DNA of 64,000 nucleotides. Source: Chrysemys picta bellii. Taxonomy: Eukaryota. The DNA lies in assembly GCF_011386835.1 (NCBI RefSeq), contig NC_088802.1, positions 52,514,001 to 52,578,000 on the forward strand, written 5' to 3'. Every line of letters starts with the position of its first letter. The first letter of the stretch is position 1. The position numbers and the translations under genes are program-made. The notes beneath the pieces were generated by a model, which was given only the letters and a program-made list of their open reading frames with translations, had not been told where the DNA came from and made no database searches. Shown piece by piece: positions 11,937-23,243 of this stretch.

Positions 11937-14633
11937 CTTAAGTCCAAACAGATTAGAGCAAGACAATCATCTTCAGGGAAGTGAGAGCTTCTTTGATAGT
12001 TGGGTAAATCGGGTTTCACGGCTATCCATTCTGTGAGTCATTCATCAGGATTGTCATGTGTTATCATCAGAAGCAATCCTGATATTTTAATAACATTATA
12101 ATAATCTCCTAGGCACAATAGAGGCTGTATATCACATGCCCACTGCACGTTGTATCATGCAACCTTCATTTTAATAATGGGGCTGTAAAACCCATTAAAA
12201 AGTAGAGTTACAAATATCTGTTTCACTGAGTAACTCATTAATTGCTAAGGGCTGGGTTCATGCATTCAGCTGATGGTAAAGTGGAAATATGTTAACTGCA
12301 CTTTCTTGGTGACAGATTAGCTCAGCTAATCATATTGAATTGATCTTCTAAACGGTTCCCTAATCTATCCATCTGTGTTTGCCTATTAACTGTCCATGCC
12401 CCATTTTATATTCATTCAACACCCATTAATTCTTGGGACTGAAATGGTTAAAATACAAAAAAGCCTGTACTCCTCTGTCTTTCCCAACCCCATTACATTA
12501 TTTCTCTGCATTTCAAAGAGCCACATATTCCTCCTTGTTTTAGGGGCATTCTTGGAAGCATAGTGAGGTGTGTTATGAAGGGGGTTTGCAATGGGATTAT
12601 GATTTGATGGATTTATTATTATGGTGATAGTGGAGCGATGAAATCAAGGTGAGCTGGATAATGAAGAGCCTTTTATACATGGGTCTGCATGTTGTATATA
12701 ACATATCCGTAGGCCAGCTAATATACCCCAGTGTAGCTCCAGTTAAAATCCATGGTCCATGTGAAGTGCATTGTGATGGTGCTTTAGTCCATTCTCTGCT
12801 CTGTATCATGTTACTTACACACTACTGTAGTGGCTGCTACAGAGCATACGGGTTTTCTTTGGCTAGAACCAATTATTGTATTAAGAATGGTTCCTGCGCC
12901 AGTCACAGATAGGGTGACAAACTTTGCTTGCTGCTCAGCATGTAAGTATCCTTTCACCTAATCCTTGATTTCATCAGTGTGCATTTGCCCTTTGTAACTT
13001 GGAACTAGTTCACTGCTTTGTCTTTCATTTGTTTCGGTATGTCCCAAGCAGCCACTCTATTTCTGTCAAAGCCAAATGCTTGGTATTCCCCCTAAGACCT
13101 GGTCAACTTCCAGTTTCTGTTAAAAGAAAAGAAAAGAAAGTAATAACAAAGACCCAAACTGACAAATATCTTTTTCCAGATGGATATGGCATTATGGGAG
13201 TAAAGGTTTACTGGTATGTGAAGTTTCACACATACAGAACTGTGTCAAAGGCATTTTCACAACTTCTCCCCTATGTACATTTCTCCAAAACATCACAAGC
13301 CACTTTCCTTTATAGACTCATAGGGAAAAAATACCCTGCAATGCATGTGTCAACAGGTGAGGTCTAAAAATTTCATTGGAAAGAGAGAAAAAAAAAGCAT
13401 GTAGTGATGGGGGTGGTGGGGGGAACAACAACAGCTGCAAACAAGTTTGGAGGAAGTCAGTGGAGCAGTTTCCATCTGTTTCATCTGCTGAAGAGTTTTT
13501 ATAAGACTTGGAACTCAAATATCACTTATATTTTGGGGAGTGAGCTATTATTGTATCTCTGATTTTAGACAGCACAGCAACAGTTATCCTGCCTCTGCCC
13601 TCCCAAAATAAATAAAAAAAACCCTTCCAGATTATTTTTTTCTTTAGCAACAAATAGAACTCTACGAGGGGGATTTAATATAGCCAAAGTGGGAATGTTG
13701 TGAGATCTGTTATTCTATGTGCCAGCAGCCATGGAATGGCCTGTTCATTACGAAAAGCAGAGCTTTCATCCTTCCACCCAAGGAAGCTGGGGGTTTTCCA
13801 GCTTGTGTGTGACATTATCATAAAGTATTCCTTCTTCACAGCCAGCGAAGTTGGAGTCTAAAGGCATGTACAGCTGAACAGACTCTGGCCCTCCAATCCC
13901 TGATTGATAAGTGGGACTCTGATAGCATTTCATGATCAGTACATGTGTACTGCTGTATCTATGTATAGCCCCATAATGAGATTTTGTATGTATTTGTACT
14001 GCAGTAGCACCTTACAGCCCCAAGTCATGGATTAGAACCTCATAGATTGTAAACTCTTGGTCTTTTTGTTTTGTTTTTGTCCAGGGCTTAGGACTAAGTA
14101 TAAGACAAGAGATAATGGGTGGAGACAGTCAGACGGGGAAGCACCAGGGAACATTTCTCACTATTGCATATGATTTCATACAATAGTTACATATTTAAGC
14201 TTGGGAGCAGTTGATCAGCTGACAGGATAACCTGACCATTAGACCTCTGCACAAAAAGGTCCCAGTTTTGAACATCCTCTTATTTTGATGTCAGACCACA
14301 GACCAAATGGCCAAAGTTCTCCCACTCAGTCCTTGACCCAACAAAGCACCTAAACACGTATAATTTTAAGCATGTGATTCAATAAGTCAATGGCTTTATA
14401 CATGGCTCAATCATAGCCTCAGTTGGGGCATAGCATTTTGGGTGGAAAATGCCTCATTGTGGTCCTATTTAAGAACTTGCTTAAATAGGACCACAATGTC
14501 TCATTGAAGATCGGATAGAACTGAAGAAAGTGTTTAAATTCTTTACCAATTTGCAATCTACGTGTTGTGATGCTAACACCAGAGACTAGAAAACAGAGGT
14601 TTTCGGAAAACCGACATTTTTCACAGGCAGTGC

Positions 14634-15165
14634 TGTGGTAGCAGTGTTGGTCCCAGGATATTAGAGAGACAAGGTGGGTGAGGTAATATCATTTACTGGA
14701 CCAACTTCAAGCTACACAGAGGTCTTCTTCAGGTCTTGGAAAAGTACTCAGAGCATCACAGGTCAACACAATATGGAACAGATTGTTTAATATAGGTAGT
14801 TAGTATATATTCTAAGGGACTATTTGAGTTGAAGTAGTCCATTAACAAAAAAGGGGGGTTAGTGGGTCATAGATTGTTGTAATAAGCCATTAACACAGTG
14901 TATTGATTAAGACCATGATTTTTAGTATCTATCAAAGTTATGAATTTAAGTTCCCAGGCTTCTCTTTTGAAAGTGTTGTGCAGGTTTCCTTTGAGAATGA
15001 GGCCTGAGAGGTCAGACCCGGATGATATGGTGTTTTTGTCTTTTATAATTTTTTCTATGTGAGTTTGTTTGAGGGTGTAGTGATTGTCTGGTTTCACCCA
15101 TATAGTTGTTGTTGGGGCATTTAGTGTACTGAATGAGGTACACAACATGTTGTATAGGACCCATT
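14634..15165 (-). mobile_element. Penelope-like retroelement fragment: GIY-YIG endonuclease plus 3' repeat
   Basis: HVVYLIQYTKCPNNNYMGETRQSL (GIY-YIG equivalent) frameshifted into SDLSGLILKGNLHNTFKREAWELKFITLIDTKNHGLN; PLE-type 3' terminus at 14634-14740. Confidence 0.9.
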
Positions 15166-15458
15166 AATCTTGACTCACACAGCAAAATTAGTTTGCCACA
15201 TGAACAATTTGAACCTGCTCTAGTAAGGATTAAAACTTTGGCCAGTGGCATGAAATTGAAAAGACGCAATGGTAGGGCTCCTTAGAGAGGGCTCCAGATC
15301 TATTGGCTATGCCCACGTAACTTTCTGGTAAATTGAGACAGAGTGAAGGAAGTGAGAGTGATGGAGAGTGAAAGAAGTGAGAGAGTAAAGAACCAACCAT
15401 TTAAGAAAGAAGTGACCTGTTTGCAAGAACATCAGTTTATTCCTTACTTTGCAAACAG

Positions 15459-15500
15459 TCCCAGATGCAGCATATGAAAAGGTCACAGAGTCAGACCCAG
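15459..15500 (+). CDS. Candidate 42-nt exon (e.g. VPDAAYEKVTESDP)
   Basis: tttattccttactttgcaaacag acceptor, CAG|gtgagg donor, frame-preserving length. Confidence 0.2.
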
Positions 15501-16149
15501 GTGAGGCAGAGAAGAATCAAGAAGACTAGACGAGGAAGATTCACTTATGACTGAGAGTAAATTAAAAGCGAGTTTGTCTTTTTTCTTCTTTTTAGTAATC
15601 TTCCGCTGTTGTTTATTATCCAAGAGGCAACAGTAGCAATTTTCCCAACCTGGAAGATGAAAACCGGCTGATCAGACATAATGAAAAGCTAATGTGGTGA
15701 TTTGTTCCAATTCCTGCATCCCGTTGTCTGAGTGCCTGCAAAGCTTCACCAGTCCGATGCAAAACAGGAGCATACCAGCAAATCAGGTCCGCTAACAGTG
15801 TTATTTCTCAGCCAGTCAACTTTGATTCATCCTTTGCTCTTCCTGTGTAGCATGGATGTATTTTACATAGAGCATTCTGCACTAAGCAGTGCATTACATA
15901 ATACATGTATTATTTTAATTCAGCTGCTCCCAAAGAACATAAACTAACATAGAACAGATCAATTGAACCAGTCCAGTTAAATTCAGAAAGCATGAGCCAA
16001 ATTACAGAGAGAATTTTTGTCTCTCTCGCTGTGACAGTCTTTCTGCCGAATCGCATTGGATATTGTATGCCAAGGGGGAGGGGAAGAGGCTCAGAATTGT
16101 TTTGGTTAATGAAAGATAATTTTCTAAACACTCAAACCATGGTGATTCA

Positions 16150-16290
16150 GAGCCAGTTCCCTGAAGGACAAGATGAATGTGTGGTTAAGACCTTAGATAG
16201 GGCTAAAGAGACCAGGGTCTCTACCACAAACTCATTGTGTGCCCTTATCCACTCTATGCCTCAGTATTCCCATTGGTAAAATGAACATAG
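16150..16290 (+). mobile_element. MIR/CORE-SINE fragment
   Basis: ctctatgcctcagtattcccattggtaaaatg core motif. Confidence 0.55.
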
Positions 16291-16392
16291 CTGCAACCAC
16301 GGGGGGGAGGCGGGGAAGGTTCTACTCTCAACTTTTTACTGTCCCATTGATACCTCAATCAGTGTAGCTGTAGATGTCTTGCCTTTTCTCAC

Positions 16393-16470
16393 CTGGCTGT
16401 TCCGAAGGAAACCAAGATCATATTTCCCTGCCCCATGCTTAAGGAAGGCGTCAGTAATGCCCATTCTTAA
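16393..16470 (-). CDS. Candidate internal exon (LRMGITDAFLKHGAGKYDLGFLRNSQ)
   Basis: ttttctatctgcaacag acceptor, CAG|gtgaga donor, 78 nt, phase 0-0, inside a 69-codon open frame. Confidence 0.3.
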
Positions 16471-18128
16471 CTGTTGCAGATAGAAAATGCCAAACCGTAG
16501 ATCTGCAAAGTGCAAGGCTATTGCTTTATCTGAACCTTGAACCAATTGATAGGGTAGGATATATAATTCTGCTTAAGTGCCCTTCTTGAAACCGAACTTT
16601 ATCCAACTGTTGGGGTGGAGTGGGGGGGGAGTCTCCTCTTCATGGAAGGTTATTTTTAAATAAATCATTCAAATTGGGACACTTTAGCATTATATTCTAC
16701 AAAGCTAAATGTGGAAGTGGGAAGGCTAAGCCATTAGAGGGGTGGGGGTTAATTCTTGCCATTCATTCCAACTGCTGTATTTCTTTATAATGATTCTAAG
16801 AAGTACAGCTGTAAATGAAACAGGTGGAAATCGTCTGGTGTTTGGGTTGTTTTCATGTGCTTGCCCCACTTCTTTGTTTTAGAAATCACAAGTCTTGAAT
16901 AACAACTGTATCCAAGGGGTTTGAACAAACGTGAATACACGTAACAATGTATGTGTAAGTGTGTGTTGGTTGCATTATTCCAGGACACATTTTTTTTCCT
17001 TTCTTGCTTTTTAAAGTAAGTGTTGAAAGGTCAGAAAACAAATAAAAATATGAATATAATCAACATTTCTCCTTTCCTGCTTCAAGGAACAAAAACCCAC
17101 AACATTTTCCCAAGGGAAATAGTGGACGCTCCATCACGTAAGTCATTTGTAATCAGACTGGACAAAGCACAAGCAATTATACTTTAGGATACAATCCAGA
17201 ATCATTTTTTGTGACAATTGATAACTTTCTGTCTAGCTGTTATTTCATATCTTTATGATGTAACTCATGTCAATAGAAAAGGGTAAATACAAAGCTCTAA
17301 ACCAATGAAATTTTGTAAAGAATATCCATAAAATGATCACATTCATTTCCTCTGCCCAGGCTAAATATTGATTTGTGTGAGAGAAAGGAGGATAGAGTTC
17401 AAAATCGTATCATTCTAAAATGGAAGAGTCTGTTAATGCCTGAAATTTAAGCTCCATAAACTTATGAGCAGATATTGGATCAAATCTTCCTCACCAATCA
17501 TCTCACTGAAATCAATTGGACAACACATATTAGAAAAGCGAGTAGGATTTGGCCCATGGAAGAAATTGTTAAAAATTCTGAGGTAGGTTCAGTTCAAATT
17601 CTGATCTATTTAATGTAAAACAGTTACATTCTAATGGGAGAACCCCTAGATATCATGATCCTGTGACATGACAGGTTAATACAGAATTGTATTAAGTATC
17701 TCTTTCTAAATCATATCTCTTTTTTACATGGCTGAGGTATATCTTTCAAAGATAAATAGGCTTCCTGATGTCTCCCTTTATGCTGACATAACTCCAAAGC
17801 CTCTGTTGAATAATCTGTGTTGATAAGAAACAGATATCATATGCAGTTCTGGATTCCCATGAGCCTGAATAAAAAGTGAGGTCCAAACACTCCAAAAATG
17901 TTTGAGTATAAACTGGGTCATGCCAAAACCCGGTTTGATTAGAGCTTCACAAGTTGGATACAGAACACTGGTTCCAGTTGCCATTTAATGTTGTCAAACT
18001 AAGTCCAATTCAGGATCTTCCACTCCATACACACGGCTTTTCTCCTTATGATCCGGAAGATCACTTTGCACAGATAAGCCAAAAGAAGGAACTATACTGC
18101 ATCTTGAGCCTGATATATTCCACTAGAG

Positions 18129-18291
18129 CAGTGGTTCTCAACCTGTTTACCGTTGTGGGTCACATATGCAGCTCTCTATGTGTTATGTGAGCCACATCCA
18201 CACAATATATATATAAACTACCCATATGGCCCTGAAGATGTCACATGGGTGGCAGCTGTGTGCTGATTGGGCTGTGGGTTGAGAACCGTTG
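18129..18291. mobile_element. hAT (Buster/Charlie-type) MITE
   Basis: TIR cagtggttctcaacc / ggttgagaaccgttg; perfect 8-bp TSD CACTAGAG at 18121-18128 and 18292-18299. Confidence 0.9.
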
Positions 18292-19239
18292 CACTAGAGG
18301 TATGTACACACACACACAATTACGAGCTAGTACTTTTGCATATAATTTGATTTGACACTTCTGAGACAATTTTTTGAAAGATGAATCCATTGGAGAGTAA
18401 CATATATTTCATTGCTAGTTGTTATGAGCAGTTGTGATCTTTACATATACATTATTTTATAGTTAAACCAGAGTTATATTAAACATCCTTCGAGCCATCT
18501 GGATCTCCCAGCTATCTAGATGCATTTTAATTCTAATTCAGCATTTTCTGTTTTCCTTCCACCACACTGCAGGTTGCTTTCTATAAGACAGCAGGTGTTA
18601 CCTTCAAGACTTGGCTTGTTTTAGGCTTGCAGTTTAAATTACTTTGAAATCAACATTCTTTGTTCCGTTTGTATAAATGCTTTAACCCAATATAGTCTTA
18701 ACAAAGAGGAATAGCATCCAGCCACACAATGCCATCCACAAATCATTTTCAAACTGCTTTGCATCCTCTGAGTATGTTTGTCTTCATTTCCAAGGCTATT
18801 CCCAAGTTATTGCTTTCCCCTGAGTCCTATTAGATTCTATTCTTTGTATTTACTAACAGGAAGCAGCACAGGTCTGTCCTCACCAACTTCATTCAGAGGC
18901 ATTCTTAATGATTGTTTTTTAAGGCTATTTGGCAAAATCCAAGTTCCTTGTTTCTTTCTTCCTCAGTGTGCAATTCTGTTTCCTTCTCGTTAAATCACCG
19001 AATACGGATACTTTCCTGGATGTTGTGGGAAAGGGTTCTGGTTGTCAACCAACTTCATTTAATCTCCATCCTGATTGTAAATCGGGCTTCCTATTTTTTT
19101 TTTTTTCCGTTTGCTAGTTTGGTTCAAGTCACCTTGAATAGTGTCAGGAACTCAGTTGGCTCTGGGCACAGACTCCAACAACCCAATGAGCTCATGTGGG
19201 CCCATTAGGCCCTCCCTATGTGACTGTGCTCCTTGACTG

Positions 19240-19600
19240 GAAAGAAATGCCAACAGATCCCTGATTAAGCCTGGTAGCAACAGCAGCACAGTGGCTGCTC
19301 AATGCGCTTCACACCCACAGCTGCACCAGACCAGGTTCCTGTCCAGCCATTGCTCCAACCTTTGCCTGCTCCTCTCCACTCCTCGTCCCTGTTAACCTCT
19401 GAACTCCTGCTTCCTAACTCCTGGCTTGTCGCCTGACCATGACTCCAGCTCTGCCCTTTGGTTCTGTTCTGGCTCCTGGCTCCACCCATTAGCTTGTCTC
19501 CTGACCGTGCTTCCAATTCTGCCCTCTGATTCTACTCTAACCCCTATGCCAGACACCTGCTCCAACCACTAGATTGCACCACCTACACCTTGCTGTGTGA
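19240..19600. mobile_element. LTR-like segment with internal degenerate ~70-bp repeats
   Basis: cttgtcgcctgaccatgactccagctctgccc recurs as cttgtctcctgaccgtgcttccaattctgccc; class uncertain. Confidence 0.3.
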
Positions 19601-19789
19601 TTCATTCACTTCTGGGAGGAAATATCGGATGATTAAGTGGTGACAGAGAAAAGAGTGTAAGAAGCTGGCTGGGGGTTGAGATTTGTTATACGTGCTTGTT
19701 TTACTGTTACCTTGTTGTCCCAATATACATACAGCCATAAGAAAACGATATCGGATACCAGAGGGCCATTAGTCTAGCCGACAAAGATA

Positions 19790-20545
19790 TAACGAAACCT
19801 AATGGCTGGAAACTAAAGCTAAAACACATGAAATTGGAAATAGTGTGCACATTTTTATCAGTGAAGGCCATGGATCATTAGCTCAATTTAACAAAGGAAG
19901 AGATAATTTCTCCATCACTTGAAGTCTTTCAATCAAGATTGGATGACTTTCTAAAAACGATGCCCTAGTTCAATTACACGTTTTTGGGTTTGATGAATGA
20001 ATTATTGGGTGAAGTTCTATGGACTGTGTTATGCACAGGCCTGGCAGAATTTGATGGGTTTTTAAATAATTTCAACAGATAATATCGGTGTTTATTTCTA
20101 AGATTTTTTTCAAATTTCCATCGATTTACATTTTTCACAGTTGTGCAAAATTATGGGTTTTCGTCATTGTTTATTTTTATCAATTTAAATTTTCACAAGT
20201 GTGGGGAATTATGGGATGATCAGACAGTGCAGGGGGTGATTGTGAGGAAATAATTATTTAATGACAGTAGACTTTGTTTACTTTGACATGTGAGGTTGAT
20301 AACTTGTGTTTTAATGGTATAAATTTTTATCTTTTTGAATTTCAAAGTAAATACCCTTCAATCAAACTTCAATTAAGTTCTCAAGCAGATTTTTCTTACT
20401 CTGCCTATCTGTAAATTTTGATCATCATCAATGGAAATACTTTTTTTGTGGTTGATAAAATAGATGTTTACTGATGCTTACCAGTACAAATCTAATCCTT
20501 CCACGGAGGTCCTATGAGATGATCATAATGGTCCCTTCTGCTTTT
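19790..20545 (+). mobile_element. Old CR1 3' end split by an insertion
   Basis: CR1-like aatggctggaaactaaagc...tctccatcacttgaagtctttcaatcaagattggat...tgtgttatgca, resuming at gaggtc...gatcataatggtcccttctg near 20505. Confidence 0.65.
20036..20505. mobile_element. AT-rich DNA-type element inserted in the CR1 tail
   Basis: Starts caggcctggcagaatttg and ends in the degenerate inverted counterpart aatccttcca; separates two halves of a CR1 tail. Confidence 0.45.
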
Positions 20546-20853
20546 ATAATATATGAATCCACAATAGCTGAAATGGTATACTCCTGTTTGTCTGATCTTC
20601 AACTTACATCATACTTTTTTTTCATTCTTACACTACGAAAAGCACTTAAAATAATATTATTATTATTTTAAACTCTGATGGACATTCTTCTGCTGATTTC
20701 TCACAATCGGCAAGTTCAGACCAAGAGAGGCCCAGGTCTGCCACAGCAGCTGCAAGTCAGGATTAAAGGAAATCTGCACATCTTTGGAAGGTCCTACGAT
20801 ACTCATTATTGCAGGGTGCTTATTATTTGGAGTTGAGGTGTATTTCTGGGATT

Positions 20854-21043
20854 GGGGGAAGGGATAGCTCAGTGGTTTGAGCATTGACCTGCTAAACCTA
20901 GGGTTATATATTCAATCCTTGAGGGGGGCCACTTAAGACTCTAGGGCAAAAATCAGTATTTGTTTCTGCTAGTGAAGGCAGGGGGCTGGACTCAATGACC
21001 TTTCAGGGTCCCTTCCAGCTCTATGAGATAGGTATATCTCCAT
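20854..21043 (+). mobile_element. Turtle polIII SINE (tRNA-derived head, CR1-related tail)
   Basis: gggatagctcagtggtttgagcattg head with A box at 20865-20875 and B-box-like ttcaatcc near 20911; tail gggggctggactcaatgacctttcagggtcccttcc. Confidence 0.9.
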
Positions 21044-22009
21044 ATATATTTTTATTATTATAGCAGTCAGAGCTGTAAGACACAGGCACAAAGCATTTCT
21101 ATTAATCTCTTCCACTGGCAGTAAGTTCACTAACAAATTATGAAAATGAAATTCCCTAAGAAGCAAGCAATAAAATTAGGCATATCTATCAAGTGGAATG
21201 GAAACTGAAAACAGTCCTTGAGTTTGTAGGAACCCAAGTTAATTATTGTTATCTCTATTAATAGTATTCATTATTAATACTAATGCACATTTTATGGAGA
21301 ACCATAAATGTTCTTGAGAGTTTATGTCTATAAAGCCCCATTACCTGCCTCTCTTTGCAAGAGCTAAAAATGCTTGTAGGCAATACAAACAAATTAGAAG
21401 CTCCCACTTCCTTTTTACTAAGATTAACAAGATGAAGAACAAAGTGTCCTTCAGATGCTCCTTAAGCCACTGCCCCACCAGTTGGATACTTTGAGGGTCC
21501 TATCATGTGAGTACACTTGGCTTCCATTTATTTTCACAGGAGTTGAAGGCATTCAGCACTTCTCAGTGTAGGGACATTTAGTTTGTGAAATTCAGTGCTC
21601 TCATTGGTTGTATTTCAATGGATGGAATATACCGATATCAAGTCAGGAGACAAGGGATTCTCTAGCCCTGTCTCTTTTCCCCCATCCTACATGTGGGCAT
21701 CTCAAATTATTGGTTGAATAATTATTGAAAGAGACCCTTTTTTAGGAGCTCTAACTCAAACATACTGGAAGCTGTCTCAGACATCCCCCATCTTGTTCAC
21801 TGAAGCAGATGACCAACCAAACATTATTAACAGTATTTAATATTGTTCTGGCTCTTCGATTTTTTCACCACAAAGAGAAATATTACGGCAGGAAATCTCT
21901 CTTTCCTGATCCACTGAAGCCAAAACAAATTGACCAAAAAAAAAAAAAAAAAAAAGAAAAAGCCAACATTTTCCAACCCTTAAACATTAACTTGGCAGTT
22001 TTCATTTAC

Positions 22010-22228
22010 CTATCATTTGTATAACCTGCGGAGAGATCTGGACTGGATATGGTCATTGGAATGATTGCTGGCCAGAGTACAGTGTCTGTTTCAAACTTAT
22101 GCAAACTTTTCTGAAACTCATCAAAAGATAAATCACCATTAGCATGTCCGCCTGTTCTTTTTCCACTTGCATCTAATGCAGGTTTAGAGTTCATGAAAAT
22201 GTCAACCAATTCCACAAATGGTGCTTGG
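22010..22228 (-). CDS. Candidate internal coding exon, unidentified gene, degenerate EF-hand-like motif
   Basis: 219 nt, ag acceptor at 22230-22229, AG|gtaaat donor, phase 2-2, open: QAPFVELVDIFMNSKPALDASGKRTGGHANGDLSFDEFQKSLHKFETDTVLWPAIIPMTISSPDLSAGYTNDR; does not resemble a repeat. Confidence 0.45.
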
Positions 22229-22349
22229 CTAATTTAATTTTAAAAGTTCAAATGCACATTCTTTCGGTTTCCTAACTATCGACAGATAGATAGTGCAAAC
22301 TGACATTTCTTCCCATATGATAGATCTATTGCACGCCATTCTTCCACAA

Positions 22350-22420
22350 TGGGGATTGGTCCTGCTTTGAGCAGGGGATAGGACTAGATGACCTCCTGAG
22401 GTCCCTTCCAACCCTGATAT
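22350..22420 (+). mobile_element. CR1/SINE 3' tail fragment
   Basis: ggtcctgctttgagcaggggataggactagatgacctcctgaggtcccttccaaccctgat matches the tail of the CR1 at 51790. Confidence 0.85.
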
Positions 22421-22957
22421 TTTTTTCTATGAACCAATGTCCACATCTCCACCCAGTCATACCCCACAATAATTACATTACATTACCATGTAGAACCAGA
22501 AAGAGACATTTCGATGATGACTTACATACCATTCAGTTTCATTTTCATTCCTGCCAAGATCAGGGAGTACATGGACATAAAAAACGTTGTGTACCTATTA
22601 AAATCAATATATTTTTTCATTGTTTAATTCTCAAAGTTTTGCTTTCTTTTTTCCTGGAGTTTTAGCCAGAGGTTTAGATACGTTTTTATTATACCCGTAT
22701 CAGTTCATGAATCCCTAGCTAGAATGACATTTCATGAGAACGTCAGTGAAGCCTCATGCCAAAGCTTTAAATGCCTAGTCAGTTCACTACGACAAGGGGA
22801 TTTTTCCTTGTTAACATCATTGGCTAAGGCAAGTGTCTAGAATGGATCAGGGGAAAGAAAAAAATACAATCCAGCTTAAATTTTGTACAAGCACTTGCAA
22901 GTACATCTGTGCAAGATGTCTGCAATATAAATCTGAAACGTATATTGGGTACTTTAA

Positions 22958-23243
22958 GGGTACGTCTATACCCAGCCGCTAGTTCGGCGGCTGGCAATCG
23001 AACTTCTGGGTTCGACTTATTGCGTCTTGTCTGGACGTGATAAGTCGAACCCAGAAGTGCTCGCCGTCGACTGCGGTACTCCAGCTCGGCGAGAGGAGTA
23101 CCGCGGAGTCGACGGGGGAGCCTGCCTGCCGCGTGTGGACCGAGGTAAGTTCGAACTAAGGTACTTCGAACTTCAGCTACGTTATTCATGTAGCTGAAGT
23201 TGCGTACCTTAGTTCGATTTGGGGGTTTAGTGTAGACCAAGCC
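22958..23243. mobile_element. PIF/Harbinger MITE, young, multi-hairpin
   Basis: TIR gggtacgtctatac / gtgtagaccaagcc; TAA TSD at 22955-22957 and 23244-23246; CpG-rich. Confidence 0.9.

Noticed and set aside
12044-12083. 10-bp-stem hairpin atcaggattg...caatcctgat
   Set aside because: Too short for a pre-miRNA and expected occasionally by chance.
14700-14740. Second hammerhead candidate (CTGAAGA on the minus strand)
   Set aside because: The GAAA and stem III half is absent in this copy.
20861-20930. tRNA-like sequence (also 37400-37469 and 31960-32026)
   Set aside because: SINE heads followed directly by SINE body and CR1 tail; the T-arm and acceptor stem are degenerate.
16393-22228. Naming the candidate exons as a GPAM/GPAT-like gene (LWPAIIP vs LLPAILP; YDLGF vs FDLGF)
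   Set aside because: Only short scattered similarities from memory, with inconsistent spacing; not enough to assign a symbol.
22824-23240. CpG-island-like tract and 138-aa ORF
   Set aside because: Entirely within a young Harbinger MITE with TAA TSD.
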